Shown here one piece after another: positions 1 through 12,410 of a DNA stretch of 64,000 nucleotides; the first letter of the stretch is position 1, and each line of letters begins with the position of its first letter. The stretch comes from Mobula hypostoma (Eukaryota): NCBI RefSeq assembly GCF_963921235.1, contig NC_086097.1, positions 177,446,001 to 177,510,000 of the forward strand, given 5' to 3'. The notes beneath the pieces are model-generated. The model saw only the letters and a program-made list of their open reading frames with translations. It searched no databases and had not been told where the DNA came from. A program made the position numbers and the translations under genes.

Positions 1-130
1 CTGAGGAAAGTTATTGTAGTAATTACAAAGGAGGTGATTATTTTTTTCAGCCTCACAATTTTGGTTTTATTTTGATTGACTGGTTTTGGAAGTTTTTGAT
101 TTAGCATAATGCACAATGATTTTTAGATTA

Positions 131-661
131 CAAGTGTTCCCTGCTTTCCGAATGTTCTCTTTACGTTTCGCTTTTACGAAAGACCTACATTACTACCTGT
201 TTTCATTAACCAAAAGAGGATTTTCGCTTTTACGAAAAAAGACGCTCGCTTTAAACTTGTGTTTACCCCGAGAAAGACTACCATGACCATGAAGCTTTGC
301 GCGGGCAGGTGTGCACGCATGCGTACGTGCACATGCGTGTACCTGCCGATATTTTTTTTTCCCAACAAATTGATTTTGGCTCAGACTTCCCGATTCTGTT
401 CAGTGAAACTATACTGCACGTGCATTATTTCTACTTTATGTAGGCTGTGTATTTATCATATCATTCCTGCTTTTACTATATGTTAGTGTTACTTTAGGTT
501 TTATATGCTAGTTAGTATGATTTGGTAGGTTATTTTTTGGGTCGGGGAACGGTCAAAAAAATTTTCCCATATGAATGGTAATTGCTTCTTCGCTTTACGC
601 CATTTTGGCTTACGAACGGTTTCATAGGAACACTCTACCTTCGGTTGGCAGGGGAAACCTG
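131..661. mobile_element. Tigger/pogo-type (Tc1-mariner) MITE
   Basis: TA flanks both ends (129-130, 662-663). Termini are caagtgttccctgc...gcaggggaaacctg. The right end (615-661) is the reverse complement of the left end of the element at 43768. Confidence 0.8.
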
Positions 662-788
662 TAGCTCAAAATGTGACTTCATTATATGTTAAATTTAGAA
701 AAATTGACAGCAAAATGTGAAAATAATTGTGGGGGCTGAATTCTTTTCCAAGGCCCTCATAATTTTGTATACCTCTAAGAACTCTTCA

Positions 789-886
789 CTAGTCCTGACG
801 AAGGGTCTTGGCCCGAAACATCGACTGTACTTCTTCCGATAGATGCTGCCTAGCCTGCTGCGTTCACCAGCATTTTATGTGTGTTG
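789..886 (+). mobile_element. Short Penelope-derived insert starting with a minimal hammerhead motif
   Basis: Motif agtc-ctgacga-agggtcttggccc-gaaa-ca-tc-gact at 791-826. TSD ctaagaactcttca (775-788) / ctaagatctcttca (887-900). Confidence 0.8.
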
Positions 887-1029
887 CTAAGATCTCTTCA
901 TTCTCTTGTTTCAAGGAATAAAATACTGACTTAATCAACCTTTCCCTATCATACCAGGGCCTCAAGTCCCAGCAACATCCTTGTAAATCAACAACCTTGT
1001 TGCTGTGCCACAGTTGCTTTGGTAACCAA

Positions 1030-2210
1030 ATGATTGGTCCAAACAATATATTTTGAGGAAGTTTAGGGAGAGGATTCCAGACTTGAAGCAAAGGCAGGGT
1101 TGCCAAGGAGTGGATGTATGTTGGACAGAGATTTAGAACTGGGAACTAGTATGATTAGAGATGTAGAGGGGAGTGAAACCACGGGTTGGCAGTCAGTGGT
1201 GAGCGGTGTGCCACAGGGGTCGGGGCGCTGGTCCTGCAACTGTTCGCAATTTACATTAACGATCTGGATCAGGGGATGAGTGTGAGTGTAGTGTGTGCAA
1301 GTTTGCAAATTGAGTGGAAAAACAAATTGTGCTGAAGATATGATGTGACGTGTGGATGGAGATTCTCTCTGTGTCTGACCCTGGGTGTATCTGATGTGAC
1401 GGGAATCTGCAGAGAGATAGGGATAGGTTAAGTGAGTGGGCAATGGTCTGGCAGCTGGAATGCAATGTTGGTAAATGCAAAGTCATCCACTTTGGAAGGA
1501 AAAATGGAAGATCAGATTATTATTTAAAGGGTAGAGGATTGTAGTATGCTGCTATGCAGAAGGATTTGGGAGTCCTTGTGTAGAAATCATGAAAGGTTGG
1601 TTTGCAGGTGCAGCAGGCTATCAAGAAGGCAAATGGAACGTTGGCCTTCATTGCTAGAGGGATTGAATTTAAGAGCAAGGAGTTTATGCTGCAACTGTGC
1701 AGGGTACTGGTGAGGCCGCACCTGGAGTACTGCTGCAGTTCTGGTCTCCTTACTTGAGGAAGGATATACTGGCTTTGGAGGTGGTGCATAGGACGTTCAC
1801 CAGGTTGATTCCAGAGCTGAAAGGGTTAGAATGTGAGGAGAGATTGAGTCGCCTGGGACTGTACTTGCTGGAATTCAGAAGAATGAGAGATCTTATAGAA
1901 ACACCAAATTTGACAGGGATAGGTAAGTTGGAGGCAGGAAAGTTGTTTCCACAGGGAGGTGAGACTAGAACTAGGGGACATAGCCTCAAGATTCGGGGGA
2001 GTAAATATAAGACAGAGATGAGGAGTGGTGAATCTGTAGAATTCTCTGTCCAGTGAAGCAGTGGACAAGGTTAGATAGATTTTTGCTTAGTGGGAGAATT
2101 GAGGGTTACGGGGAAAAGGCAGGTCGGTGGCCAGATCAGCCATCATCTTGTTGAATGGCGGAGCAGGCTCGACAGGCTGGGTGGGCCACTGCTGCTCCTA
2201 TTTCTTATGT
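1030..2210 (+). mobile_element. CR1 LINE 3' fragment (decayed reverse transcriptase C-terminus and 3' UTR)
   Basis: Remnants SGVPQG, YINDLD, LVRPHLEYC, QFWSPYLRKDILALE and RTRGHSLKI. Typical tail ctgctcctatttcttatgt. Contains stops and frameshifts. Confidence 0.9.
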
Positions 2211-5200
2211 AAGTAAGAATGCAAATTCTAAACAACATCAAATGCTGAATATACTCAGCAGCATCTGAGGAGAAGGAAAAACAATTGTTTTCTTGTTTTA
2301 ATTCGGACGTGCAGCATGGAATCAGGCCTTTTCAGCCCAATGTGCCACCCAGTTACACCTGTGTGACCAGGCTACTGGGCTGCCCCTTGTGCAAAGAGAG
2401 AGAAAGCTCCAGATTTGTCAATTCAGACAAGTTATTGGGATATATGTTAACTGTTTCTCTCCACAGATACTGCCTGTCCTACTTAAGTGTTTCTTTGCAT
2501 GAAATTTTTAAAGGCCAAGGCTTTGCTGGATTGGTAGCCAATGCCAAATCAGTTATGGCACTGGGGAAAGGGTCTGGGTAGAGGAGAGGGGATGAGGGCA
2601 AGTTTGGGTGGAGGAAATATGATGCAGTGAGGCACTGGGGAAGGGGGAGGAAGGGATCAGTGAAAGCCTGGCCAGAAGAGAGGGTGGGTGAGTGAGGGTC
2701 TATGGAGGGAAGAGTGAGTGTCTAGGTGGAGGCAGTGACCTTAAAAAAAATACTGTCGTTTTTAAACAGTAACAAAAGAGCCCAATTTCTTTTCATGTTT
2801 ATCTGCTTCCCCTTTAGGCTTTCATACACATGCACAAAGTCACACTGCACACAGAACCGACACATGTGTTTTAGAGTAATGAAGACCACCCACTCTTAAA
2901 ATTTTTATTCAGTGCTTGGTGCCCTAATAAAACACATTCCTCTGAAGCATGACATTGCAAAGCAGGCTTTGGGGTTTCAGCACCTGGAGCCTACTCTTGG
3001 CTGGAGCCAATACTGCTCGTCGTGCACACCGGCTGCTACCTCTTCACTTGGAGCTGCAGAGTTGCTCAGCATTCAGTGCTGCCAGATAGGACCGATTGTT
3101 TACCGACCTCTGGAACATTATGTTGACACACTGTTGTCCTTCACATGAACTGCCTCACTACCCCAGTGGCATTTGCTTTGGTCACTGGTCTAGGCTTTGT
3201 GGAACTTTATCATCAAAGCAATGCCCATGCCCCACTCTTACTGGTGGTATTTGTCACATGTACTGACACATACATTTGGAAACTTTGCTTTGTGTGCCAT
3301 CCAAACGGATCATGCCATGTGGAACCACACCAAGGTAATGGAAAGGAAAACAATGCAGATTCTGGCTTTTGCATCTTTCCTGTCCCACTCTGTTAAAGGT
3401 TTTGGCCACTGTTTATTCCCCTCCATGGATGCTGCCTGACTTGCTGAGTTCCTTCAGCACTTAGTCTGCTTTGTTCCAAGATTTCCACCATCTGCAGAAC
3501 ATTTTTTTAAAGACCTGGGGGCAGAATTAGACCATTTGGCCCATCATATTTGCTCCTCTCCCAACACCATTCTCCTAGCTTCTCCCCTTAACCTTGTCTT
3601 TACTAATTAAAAACATGTCAACTTCCCATTTTAAATATTCCCAATGACTTGGTCTCCACAGTTACCTGTGACAACTAATTCTACTGATTCACCACCTTCT
3701 GGCTAAATAAATTCTTCCTCATTTCTGTTCTAAAGGATGTCCTTCTATTGGTCTGTGCTCTCTGGTCCTACTATTGGTGTGAGAGTTATACCATAAATTC
3801 TCCCACTATTGAAGCATCCTTTGCAAGTTCATTCTATCTAGGCCTTTCATTATTCAGTAGGCAATTTTCCTCTGAAAAGCATGTTTGGGATTGGAGGGAG
3901 TGAGTTGTTTGCTTCAGGGAGATCTTGTTCAAAATTAGATTTATTATCATTGACTTGTACGTCATCAAATTGTTTTGTAGTTGTGTAACTACCCACCTCA
4001 ACTCTGAACTGATTCCACAATCTATGGACTTACTTTCAAGGACTCTATAACTTATGTTCTCAGTGTCACATTGGTTTTGTCAGTCTTTGTGTGTAGTGTT
4101 TTCAATGAGTCTATTGTATTTTTTTCTGCTATGAGTGCCTGCAATAAATTGAATCTCAGTGTATGGTGACCTGTACTATATATACTTTGATAATAGTTTA
4201 CTTTGAATTCTGAACCTTTGAGACAGATAGTGTCATTTGAAGCCTATAACCCTTCGCAACCCACGTCAAGTGCTGACACACTGCTGGTTAAGCTGCACCT
4301 CAAATTAAGTCTTCCATCCTTGCTTTCAAATTGCACATTCTGGGCCTTCTTAATGTTGTATCCTCATCCAGCTTTCTCTCTCCAATATCCCTGAACCCTT
4401 CCACTACAGTTCTCTGGAGCCTGATTTTCCCCAACTCAAACCATTCAAGTCGTACCAACTGTTGTAGCTGCTTGAATTCTGGAATTATTTCTCTAGACAC
4501 CTTCAACTCCCTCCTCAATCTACAGTACGCCCAAACTGGGCTCATGTGACTTAGCATCACTCAACGTTGCTGCCAGTCTGATGAAATTGAAGAGTCTGTG
4601 AGCAGTTGGATGTGTGAAAGATGTGATTTAGAGGCAGGTTGTTTGAGGTATTGCCACTTAACCATTGTTTCATGGATGCATTCTGCTTGTACTGGCGAGG
4701 TGTTGGAATTTGATCTCAGGCTTTTGTAGGTCTGGTCGGCAGGCAGCTGTTTCCTTTCTGTGGGAGCCCTGGTGGAGTTGTAAATACCTAGCACATTTCA
4801 GATCAACATCCCTAAAGTTTTCAACCTGATAACCAGCCAACAGTGATGTCATCTACAAACCTTAAATATTTCTGTTACTATGAGCAACCTCTTTTTTATT
4901 GTTCTCTGTCTAGTTGGATATTTTTTTTCTCTTCCTTTCTGGATCCTCCTAATGTTTTACACTGAGAATGTTGGGAGGAGAGAAAGAGCATTTTCTCCAG
5001 TATAAATCAAAGCAGGTAAAGCGACATTCTCCCTGCCCAGTGCTGCAGAACTGAAGCCCAACAATACTGTTGGCTCTGATGGGCAGGCCATGTTGTTTGT
5101 GTGCCCCATGTCAAACTCCAGGAACAGCCCTTCTATCACAAACTCTGTCTCAGGAAGAGGCTACCAGTTAGATGGCAGAGGATGCAGATGTGCTAAAGGC

Positions 5201-6694
5201 CACAGCTAAAATGCAATGGCATCTTTGATTCTTGAAGCCCATGCTGCCTGACCTGTTGAGTTCCAACAGCATTTTGTGTGTGTTGCTCAGATTTCCAGCA
5301 TCTGCAGATTTTTTCTTGTTTGTGACTGAACTAAGGGCATGGGTTTAAGGTGAGTGCTGGAAGCAAATATTATGACACTGTCATTGCGGAGGCTGTTAGA
5401 CACATGAATATGCAGGCAATAGAGAGATTTGGATCATTCACAGGCAGAACTGATTTGGTTTAATTTGGCACCATGGTCAGCATGTGGTGGGTTTGTGCTG
5501 AAAGGCCTTTTTCTGTGCTATACTTTGCTTTGGAATCAGTGTACTGTATCTGGGTTAAGTTGAAATGAGCAATGCCCCTTTACTGCTTGGTAGTGTAGAG
5601 TTGTCTCTGGCAGATTCTTTTGGTTCCTGCTCCTGGATTTCTGTATAGATTCCCGTTCCCTTAGCTAGACGAGTCTAGCCTTCTCAAGACCTTTTATCTC
5701 ATGCAGATGCATTTATCAAACTCCACTCCCCCTCCCCCATCCACATCCCCCTCCTGTCTTTCATCTCCAGCTGGCCACTGTGAAGTGGAATTCGATCTGC
5801 GAGGAATGCCTATATTGGGAAATTTGATAGTTTGTGGAGATGCATTTCAAAGGTGGAGGTGGGGGCCATGTGTCAGATGATGCTGTACCAAGTATTGTTT
5901 GAAGGATATGTGGGGGTGGGGTTGGGTGAAGTGAGGAGTGGGAGAGAAAGAGGAGAATTAGGCTTCCATCTCTTGGTATGAATGGGCTGTTCTGATGCAA
6001 ACAAAGTGGAAACCCCACTGGCTCAGTTCTTTTGTGGAGATCCACTGAAGGATTTCATAATATGCATAACCTTTGACTTGTGCTCCCCCTCCCCCCTCAT
6101 CCACCTCCCTTCGAGAGTACAGGGGAACGGATGACTGAATGTGCAATTGTTTCAGCAGCTTGCCGGGCCCAGGAGAGCTCCCAGTTATTATGAGGGCCCA
6201 GCTTGCAATCCTTGCTGTGTTTTTATAAGGGCAGGTCTTGGGCTGTTCAATTCATTGGTGCTTAATTAGTTGTAACCTTAAACCGCAATGACAGTGAAAG
6301 CTGTAGAGTGGGGAGGAGACAGTAGCATAGCAACCAGACGCGATGTGTTAATTGGTACATTGCCCAACAACAGCCTTTGGGATAGGCAGCCAGGCTCACA
6401 AAAGGATTCAGTTCCAGAGTCTGTTTCAGGACCATCTGACTTGACAGCGAATAGTGTTCTTATTTTTAAGTGTGCGTACTGGTCAGAAAATTGGCTGTAA
6501 GTGTTTGTGCACAAAAAGGCTCCCACAAAGTTGATGGGCTTCAGCTGAGCTGTAGTCCCCGCACAGTCGACTGGCAGACTGGATTAAGAGAGACAGTCTG
6601 ACTGGTGCCAAGTAGTTCTGGGATTTCCTGGCTAATGACCATGTGAAGTCCCGGACTTGCCACCACTTCAAGATCTGGCTGTCTTTAGAAGAAA

Positions 6695-7640
6695 GACAGT
6701 TCAAAATAAATTTATTATAGAGGAGCACGTATATCACCATATACAACTGTGAGATTCATTTTCTTCTGCGTATCCTCAATAAATCCAGTAACCATAATAG
6801 AATCAATGAAAGTCTACACCAATGGTGTGGGCAGCCAGTGTACAAATGACAACAAACTCTGCATATACAAAAAAAATTAAATAATAAATATCAAGAACAT
6901 GAGATGAAGATTCCTTGGAAGTGAGTAGTGAGTCAATAAGTTGTGGGAACAGTTCAGTGATGGGGGCAGGTGAAGTTATCCCCTTTGGTTCAAGAGCCTG
7001 ATGGCTGAGTGGTAATAACTGTTCTGACCCTGATGGTGAGAGTCCTGAGGCTCTTGTACTACCTTCCTGACGGCAGCAGTGAGAATGGAGCATAACCTGG
7101 GTGGCGGGGGTCTCTGACAGTGAATGCCACTTTCCTGCGACAACACTCCCTGTAGGTGTGCTCAGTTTTGGGCAGGGTTTTACTCATGATGGACTTGGCT
7201 GTGTTCACTACTTTCTGTAGGATTTTTCATTTAATGGCATTGGTGATTCTATGCTAGGCCATGATGTATTCAGTCAATATACTCCCCGCCACTCCATCCA
7301 GAGAAATTTGTCAGTGTTGGATATCATACAAGTCTCTGCAAGCTTCTACGTAGAGGTGCAGCCGTACTTCTTCGCAATTGCACTTAAGTGACAGATCCAC
7401 TGTGATGATACTACCGAGGAATTTAAAGTTGCTGGCCTGGCCCTGAGGTGATGGAGCACTGGCTTATGGACCTCAGATTTCCTCCCAAAGTCAATAATTG
7501 CTCCTTGGTCTTGCTGGCATTGAGTAAAGGTGGTTGTGACACCACTCAGCCAGATTTTCATTCCCCCTTCTATATGCTGATTTGTCACCACCTTTGATTC
7601 AGACTATGACAGTGGTGTCATCAGCAAATTTAAATAGGGC
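6695..7640 (-). mobile_element. Rex1/Babar-like LINE 3' fragment
   Basis: The minus strand near 7600-7632 reads KFADDTTV. The 3' region is shared with the copy at 14620-15190. Confidence 0.7.
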
Positions 7641-7752
7641 TGGACTTGTGATCCTGTAGAGTCAGACAGCGTAGAAGCAGGCCATAAGACCTTATGGTTC
7701 ATTTATTAAGGCATACAACTCTGAAATTCTTCTCCAGATGGCCACGAAACCA

Positions 7753-8240
7753 TAGAAAGGGTGCAGAGGAGATTTACAAGGATGTTGCCTGGATTGGGGG
7801 AGCATGCCTTATGAAAACAGGTTGAGTGAACTCGGCTTTTTCTCCTTGGAGTGACGGAGGATGAGAGGTGACCTCATAGAGGTGTATAAGATGATGAGAG
7901 GCATTGATCTTGTGGATAGTCCGAGGCTTTTTCCCAGGGTGGAAATGGCTAGCACGAGAGCGTACAGTTTTACAGTGCTAGAAGTAGGTACAGAGGAGAT
8001 ATCAGGGTTACATTTTTTTTTACGCAGAGAGTGGTGAGTGCGTGGAATAGGCTGCCGGCAATGGTGGTGGAGGTGGATACGATAGGGTCTTTTAAGAGAA
8101 TTTTGGATAGTTACCTGGAGCTTAGAAAAATAGAGGGCTATGGGTAACCCTAGTAATTTCTAAGGCAGGGACATGTTCAGCACAACTTAGTGGGCAGAAG
8201 GGCCTGTTTATGCTGTAGGTTTTTTTCTATGTTTCTATGA
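7753..8240 (+). mobile_element. CR1 LINE 3' fragment
   Basis: Remnants ERVQRRFTRMLPG and RMRGDLIEVYKMMRGID. Tail ttctatgtttctatg. Confidence 0.88.
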
Positions 8241-11235
8241 AACTAAGAAAGTACAATCATCAACTCCCCAAAACAGAACAGGCACATCGACCCCCATCAC
8301 ACAAAAAATGAGAAAGATCGGCTGAAAATCACAGAATATTTTTAAAAAACTGAAAAAAAGTGTAGTCCAAGTCCGTATTCAAAATGCAGAAAACCTGGGT
8401 AACATTGTCCGGGTACAGCCGCAAGCCTTTCCCACACTGTAGCAGAGCGATCACACCAGCGATTTAAATGGAAGCTTCAATTGGCGAAATGGGGTCGAAC
8501 ATCGGCTCACACCCCACAGCCTTCTCACCTCGAGGTTCCCGCATGCTATCCCTGTCTCCTGGAATTTCCCTTTGGAAGCTGCAGAGCACTGAAACGCCCA
8601 TACGATCTCCAAACTGCAAATCACAGGCTCCACCGGTTGCAGGATCTATAAGGTGCAGGAGCAGAATTGGGCCATTTGCCCATTGAGTCTGCTCCAACAT
8701 TCGATCATGGCTGATTTATTTTCTCCCCAACACTATTCTCATGCCTTTTCCCCATAATCTTTGACACCCTTTACTAATCAAGAGCTTACCCACCACAGCT
8801 TTAAATGTACCTAAAGACTTGGCCTTCATAGTCATCTGAATTCCATTGTTTCACCACCCTGTAGTTAAGAAAATTCCTCCTCATCTCTGTTCTAAAGGGA
8901 TATCCTTCTATTCTGAGGCTATGCCTTCTAGCCCTAGACACAGAAATGGCCTCCGAAGTACATGATATTTTTATATACCTTTAAGGTCAATTGTAACAGG
9001 TGATTCAATACAGTTTCAATAGTTCTAACAACAGCCCAATTCTTTTGGATTCATAATGCTTCCTTTGAATTGTGTACTTACAGTGGGAGACACCGCTGAA
9101 CGATCAAATACTTTGGCTGCGACATTTCCTTAAACTTATTTACATTTAAAATGGTACAAATTTCTTCAGGCCATAGTTGATGCAGGACAATTCACACAGC
9201 CCCTTGTTTGCACATTGAAATGTCTCATGGTCAGCAGTTTGCAAAAGCCCTTCCCAAGGATCTCAGTCCGAAATGTCAGCTGTGCTTTTTTTCCATAGAT
9301 GCTGCCTGGGCCTGCTGAGTTCCTCCAGCATTTTGTGCGTATGTGTTGCTTGCTTTCCCAGCATCTGCAGATTTTATTTTATTTTCTAGTTTGCAAACTA
9401 TATCTTTTGTCTGTAGGCTTTTAACTTCAATTTACTGCTTGCAATTTAAAAACTGAAGACTAATTGCAAGCTTCCTGAACTTATTTACATTTACAATCAG
9501 AACTGAAGACTGATTCTTGTTCGAATTAATCGCTGCTGTTATTAATATCCACGTAGCTCCAGAATACTCCCTTAACAGCAGCGTCCTCAGTTTCCATGGT
9601 CTTTCCGCCCCCACAAGCATCTTCCAAAAACCCTCAATTCTTTCCCCTTGTTCCTTCGAGAGATCTCTTCCTGTTATAGAGCTTGAGGTGCAGGGTCCAT
9701 TTTGGGTTTCTGTTGTTGATCATCTGGACTTGACGAAAGTAACCAGTACCTCTGGGAGAAGTGCCCTGGGAAAAGATGCTGAAGTTGGTTCATTTGTCTT
9801 TGCAGTGAGTTTAAAGTGAATTCAGATAAAGTGTGAATTTGTACATCAAAGGCAATAGTGAATCTCACCGTCATTTCCATCTTGTGTTGACTCTTGAGGT
9901 AGGGAAGTGGTCCATATTTTCCATGGTCTTGCCATGAACCATTTATCATTGGAAGGCAGTATTCTATAGTGAACATAGAGGACTTTGGTGACACAGGAGA
10001 CTGCAAATGCTCTATTCTGGAGCAAAAAAACTGAGCCAGGCAGCATTTGTGGAAATGGTGGAATCGTTAATACTTTTTGTTCAGACACCAACTATCCCTC
10101 TGCCTTCCCAGATGCTGCCTGATCTGTTGATTCCTCCGGCAGTCTTTTTTTTAAACTGGAGGACCATGGCCTTGTCAATGTAAGGGAGAGTAAGGGTTGA
10201 CTTTAGTACATAAGAACTTTCCAGGCATAGGATATCATATTTCTTGAGGAATTTTTCTTATGAATTGATAATACAGACAGATTAATCCAGGCATTTCAGA
10301 ATGCAAAGGGCTGTAATCTTAGAAATGGAAGGGCAGTCATTCGGAAAACTTTGGAAGCAATTCTGTGAAATCTGGTAGAGGTATGTTACTCTCTCCCACA
10401 AAAGTGGTTATTGGCTCGATAAAATATTGAGTGGAATTAGGGACTGTGAGAACTTGCGTACAGAAACATAGCTTTGATCCATTTAGTCTGTGCCTTCCTG
10501 GTCTTCTGCCTAGTTCCTATCTACCTATACCCAGACCATATCCTTCCAAACCCCTACCATCCGTGTACCTCTCCAAATTTACAATTGAACCTGCATTCAT
10601 TTGCACCAGCCTCTGAGTGAAGAAATTTGCCCTCAGATTCCCCTTAAATATTTCACCTTTCACCCTAAACCTATAACCTGGTCTCACTCAACGTGAGGAG
10701 ACTGAGAACCCTGGAGTGAAGGAGGCTGAGGAGCAATCTTTTGGGTTTTTAATATCACTAGGGGCATGGATAAGTTGGTTAGCCATTCTTTTTTTCCCTG
10801 AGGAGAGATTCTAAAACTAGAGCACATAGGTTTAAGGTGAGAGGACCTGGGGGCGGTTGGTTTCTCACAGAGGGCGGTAGGTGTGTGGAACAAGCTGTCA
10901 GAGGAAGTGGTAGAGGCAGGTAATTAAGAACATTTGGCATTTTGTGGGAGCTCTGAGTGAGACATATGATTCATTGATAGCAACAAGTGAAGTGCTAAAC
11001 ATTGCACTTTCTTTTATTGCTGCTGGGGGAAAAAAAAACCTGAAGATTCTAGACCAGGGACCTAGCTTCTGTGCTAGTTAAGTTCCTGGAGGGGCTTTTG
11101 AGGGATGGGGTAGTCTGTATAGGAAAGGTTTAGAAGGATGTGGGAATCAGATGGAAATCTTGGGCAGAATGGCCAGTTTCCATGCTATTATAACTTTGAT
11201 TCCATGATGGATTCATGGATAAGAAAGGTTTAGAG

Positions 11236-11314
11236 CAGGGATTCCCACACTGGGGTCCACAGACCCTTCGGTTAATTGCAGGAGTCCATGGCATTAAAAG
11301 GTTGGAAATTCCTG
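11236..11314. mobile_element. hAT-type mini-MITE (related copy at about 54737-54802)
   Basis: Termini cagggattccca...ttggaaattcctg with an imperfect 8-bp TSD gtttagag/aattagag. It is inserted in a CR1 3' UTR remnant. Confidence 0.6.
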
Positions 11315-11459
11315 AATTAGAGGGATTTGGACCTGCTGTGGGCAAATGGCGTAGTTAGGCTTCATCGTCTCCATGGACAAGGTCGGCCAAAAAGGCCTGG
11401 TTCTAAGAATGTGAGTTCTTAGATTTAGTTAAAGTATAGCTGGGATTGAGAATTTAATC

Positions 11460-12410
11460 GCTAACGAGAGAAAATCTGCATATGCTGGAAATCCAAGCAG
11501 CACACACAAAATACTGGAGGAATTCAGCAGGCCAGACAACATCACTGGAAAAGAGTGCGGTTGACATTTCAGGCCGAGACCCTTCAGGACTGGAGAAAAA
11601 AAGATGAGAACAACAGGAATTCTGCAGATGCTGGAAATTCAAGCAACACACATAAAAGTTGCTGGTGAACGCAGCAGGCCAGGCAGCATCTCTAGGAAGA
11701 GGTGCAGTCAACGTTTCAGGCCGAGAACCTTCGTCAGAACTAACTGAAGGAAAAAAGATGAGAGGTTAGTTAGGTGGGGGGGGGGAGAAACTGGAGGAGG
11801 GGAATGAAGTAAACAGTTGGGAAGTTGATTTGTGAAAGCGATGCAGGACTGGAGAAGGGGGAACGATGTACAGGAGGCTACACCAGGAGCACTATACACA
11901 GTATATGACCCTAGCAGACTCTCAGGTGAAGTGTTGCTTCACCTGGACGGACTGTTTGGGCCCTGAATGATAGAGAGGGAGGAGGTGTAGGGGTAGGTGT
12001 AGCACTTGTTCCACTTGCAAGGACAAGTGCGAGGAGGGACGAATGGACAAGGGAGTTATGTTGGGAGCGATCCCTGCGGAAAGTAGAAAGTTGGGGGGGG
12101 GCGGATGTGCTTAGTGGTGGGACCCCGCTGGAGATGGCAGAAGTTACTGAGAATTATGTGCTGGACGTGGGTGGTAGGTGAGGACAAGATGGAACCCTTG
12201 TGGGAGGATAGGGTGAGGGCAGATGTGCTCAAGATGGAAGAGATGTGTTTGAAGACACCATTGATGGTGGAAGAAGGGAAGCCTCTTTCTTTGAAGAAGT
12301 ACATGTCCTTCATTCTGGAATGAAAAGCCTCATCCTGGGAGCAGATGCAGTGGAGATGGAGGAATTGAGAAGGGTTTTTTTTACAAGGAAGAGGGTGAAT
12401 AGAGAATTTA
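11460..12410 (-). mobile_element. Penelope-like element, decayed (post-RT region, GIY-YIG start and terminal repeat)
   Basis: The minus strand gives FFKERGFPSSTIN...QHIILSNFCHLQRGPTTKHI and QVKQHFT*ESARVIYCV*CSWCSLLY (degenerate GIY-YIG N-terminus). These are followed by the terminal repeat found throughout the window. Confidence 0.85.
11610..11750 (-). mobile_element. Short hammerhead-headed PLE insert nested in an older PLE
   Basis: TSD aaaaaagatgaga at 11597-11609 and 11751-11763. The minus strand of 11706-11741 reads agtt-ctgacga-aggttctcggcct-gaaa-cg-tt-gact. Confidence 0.75.
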
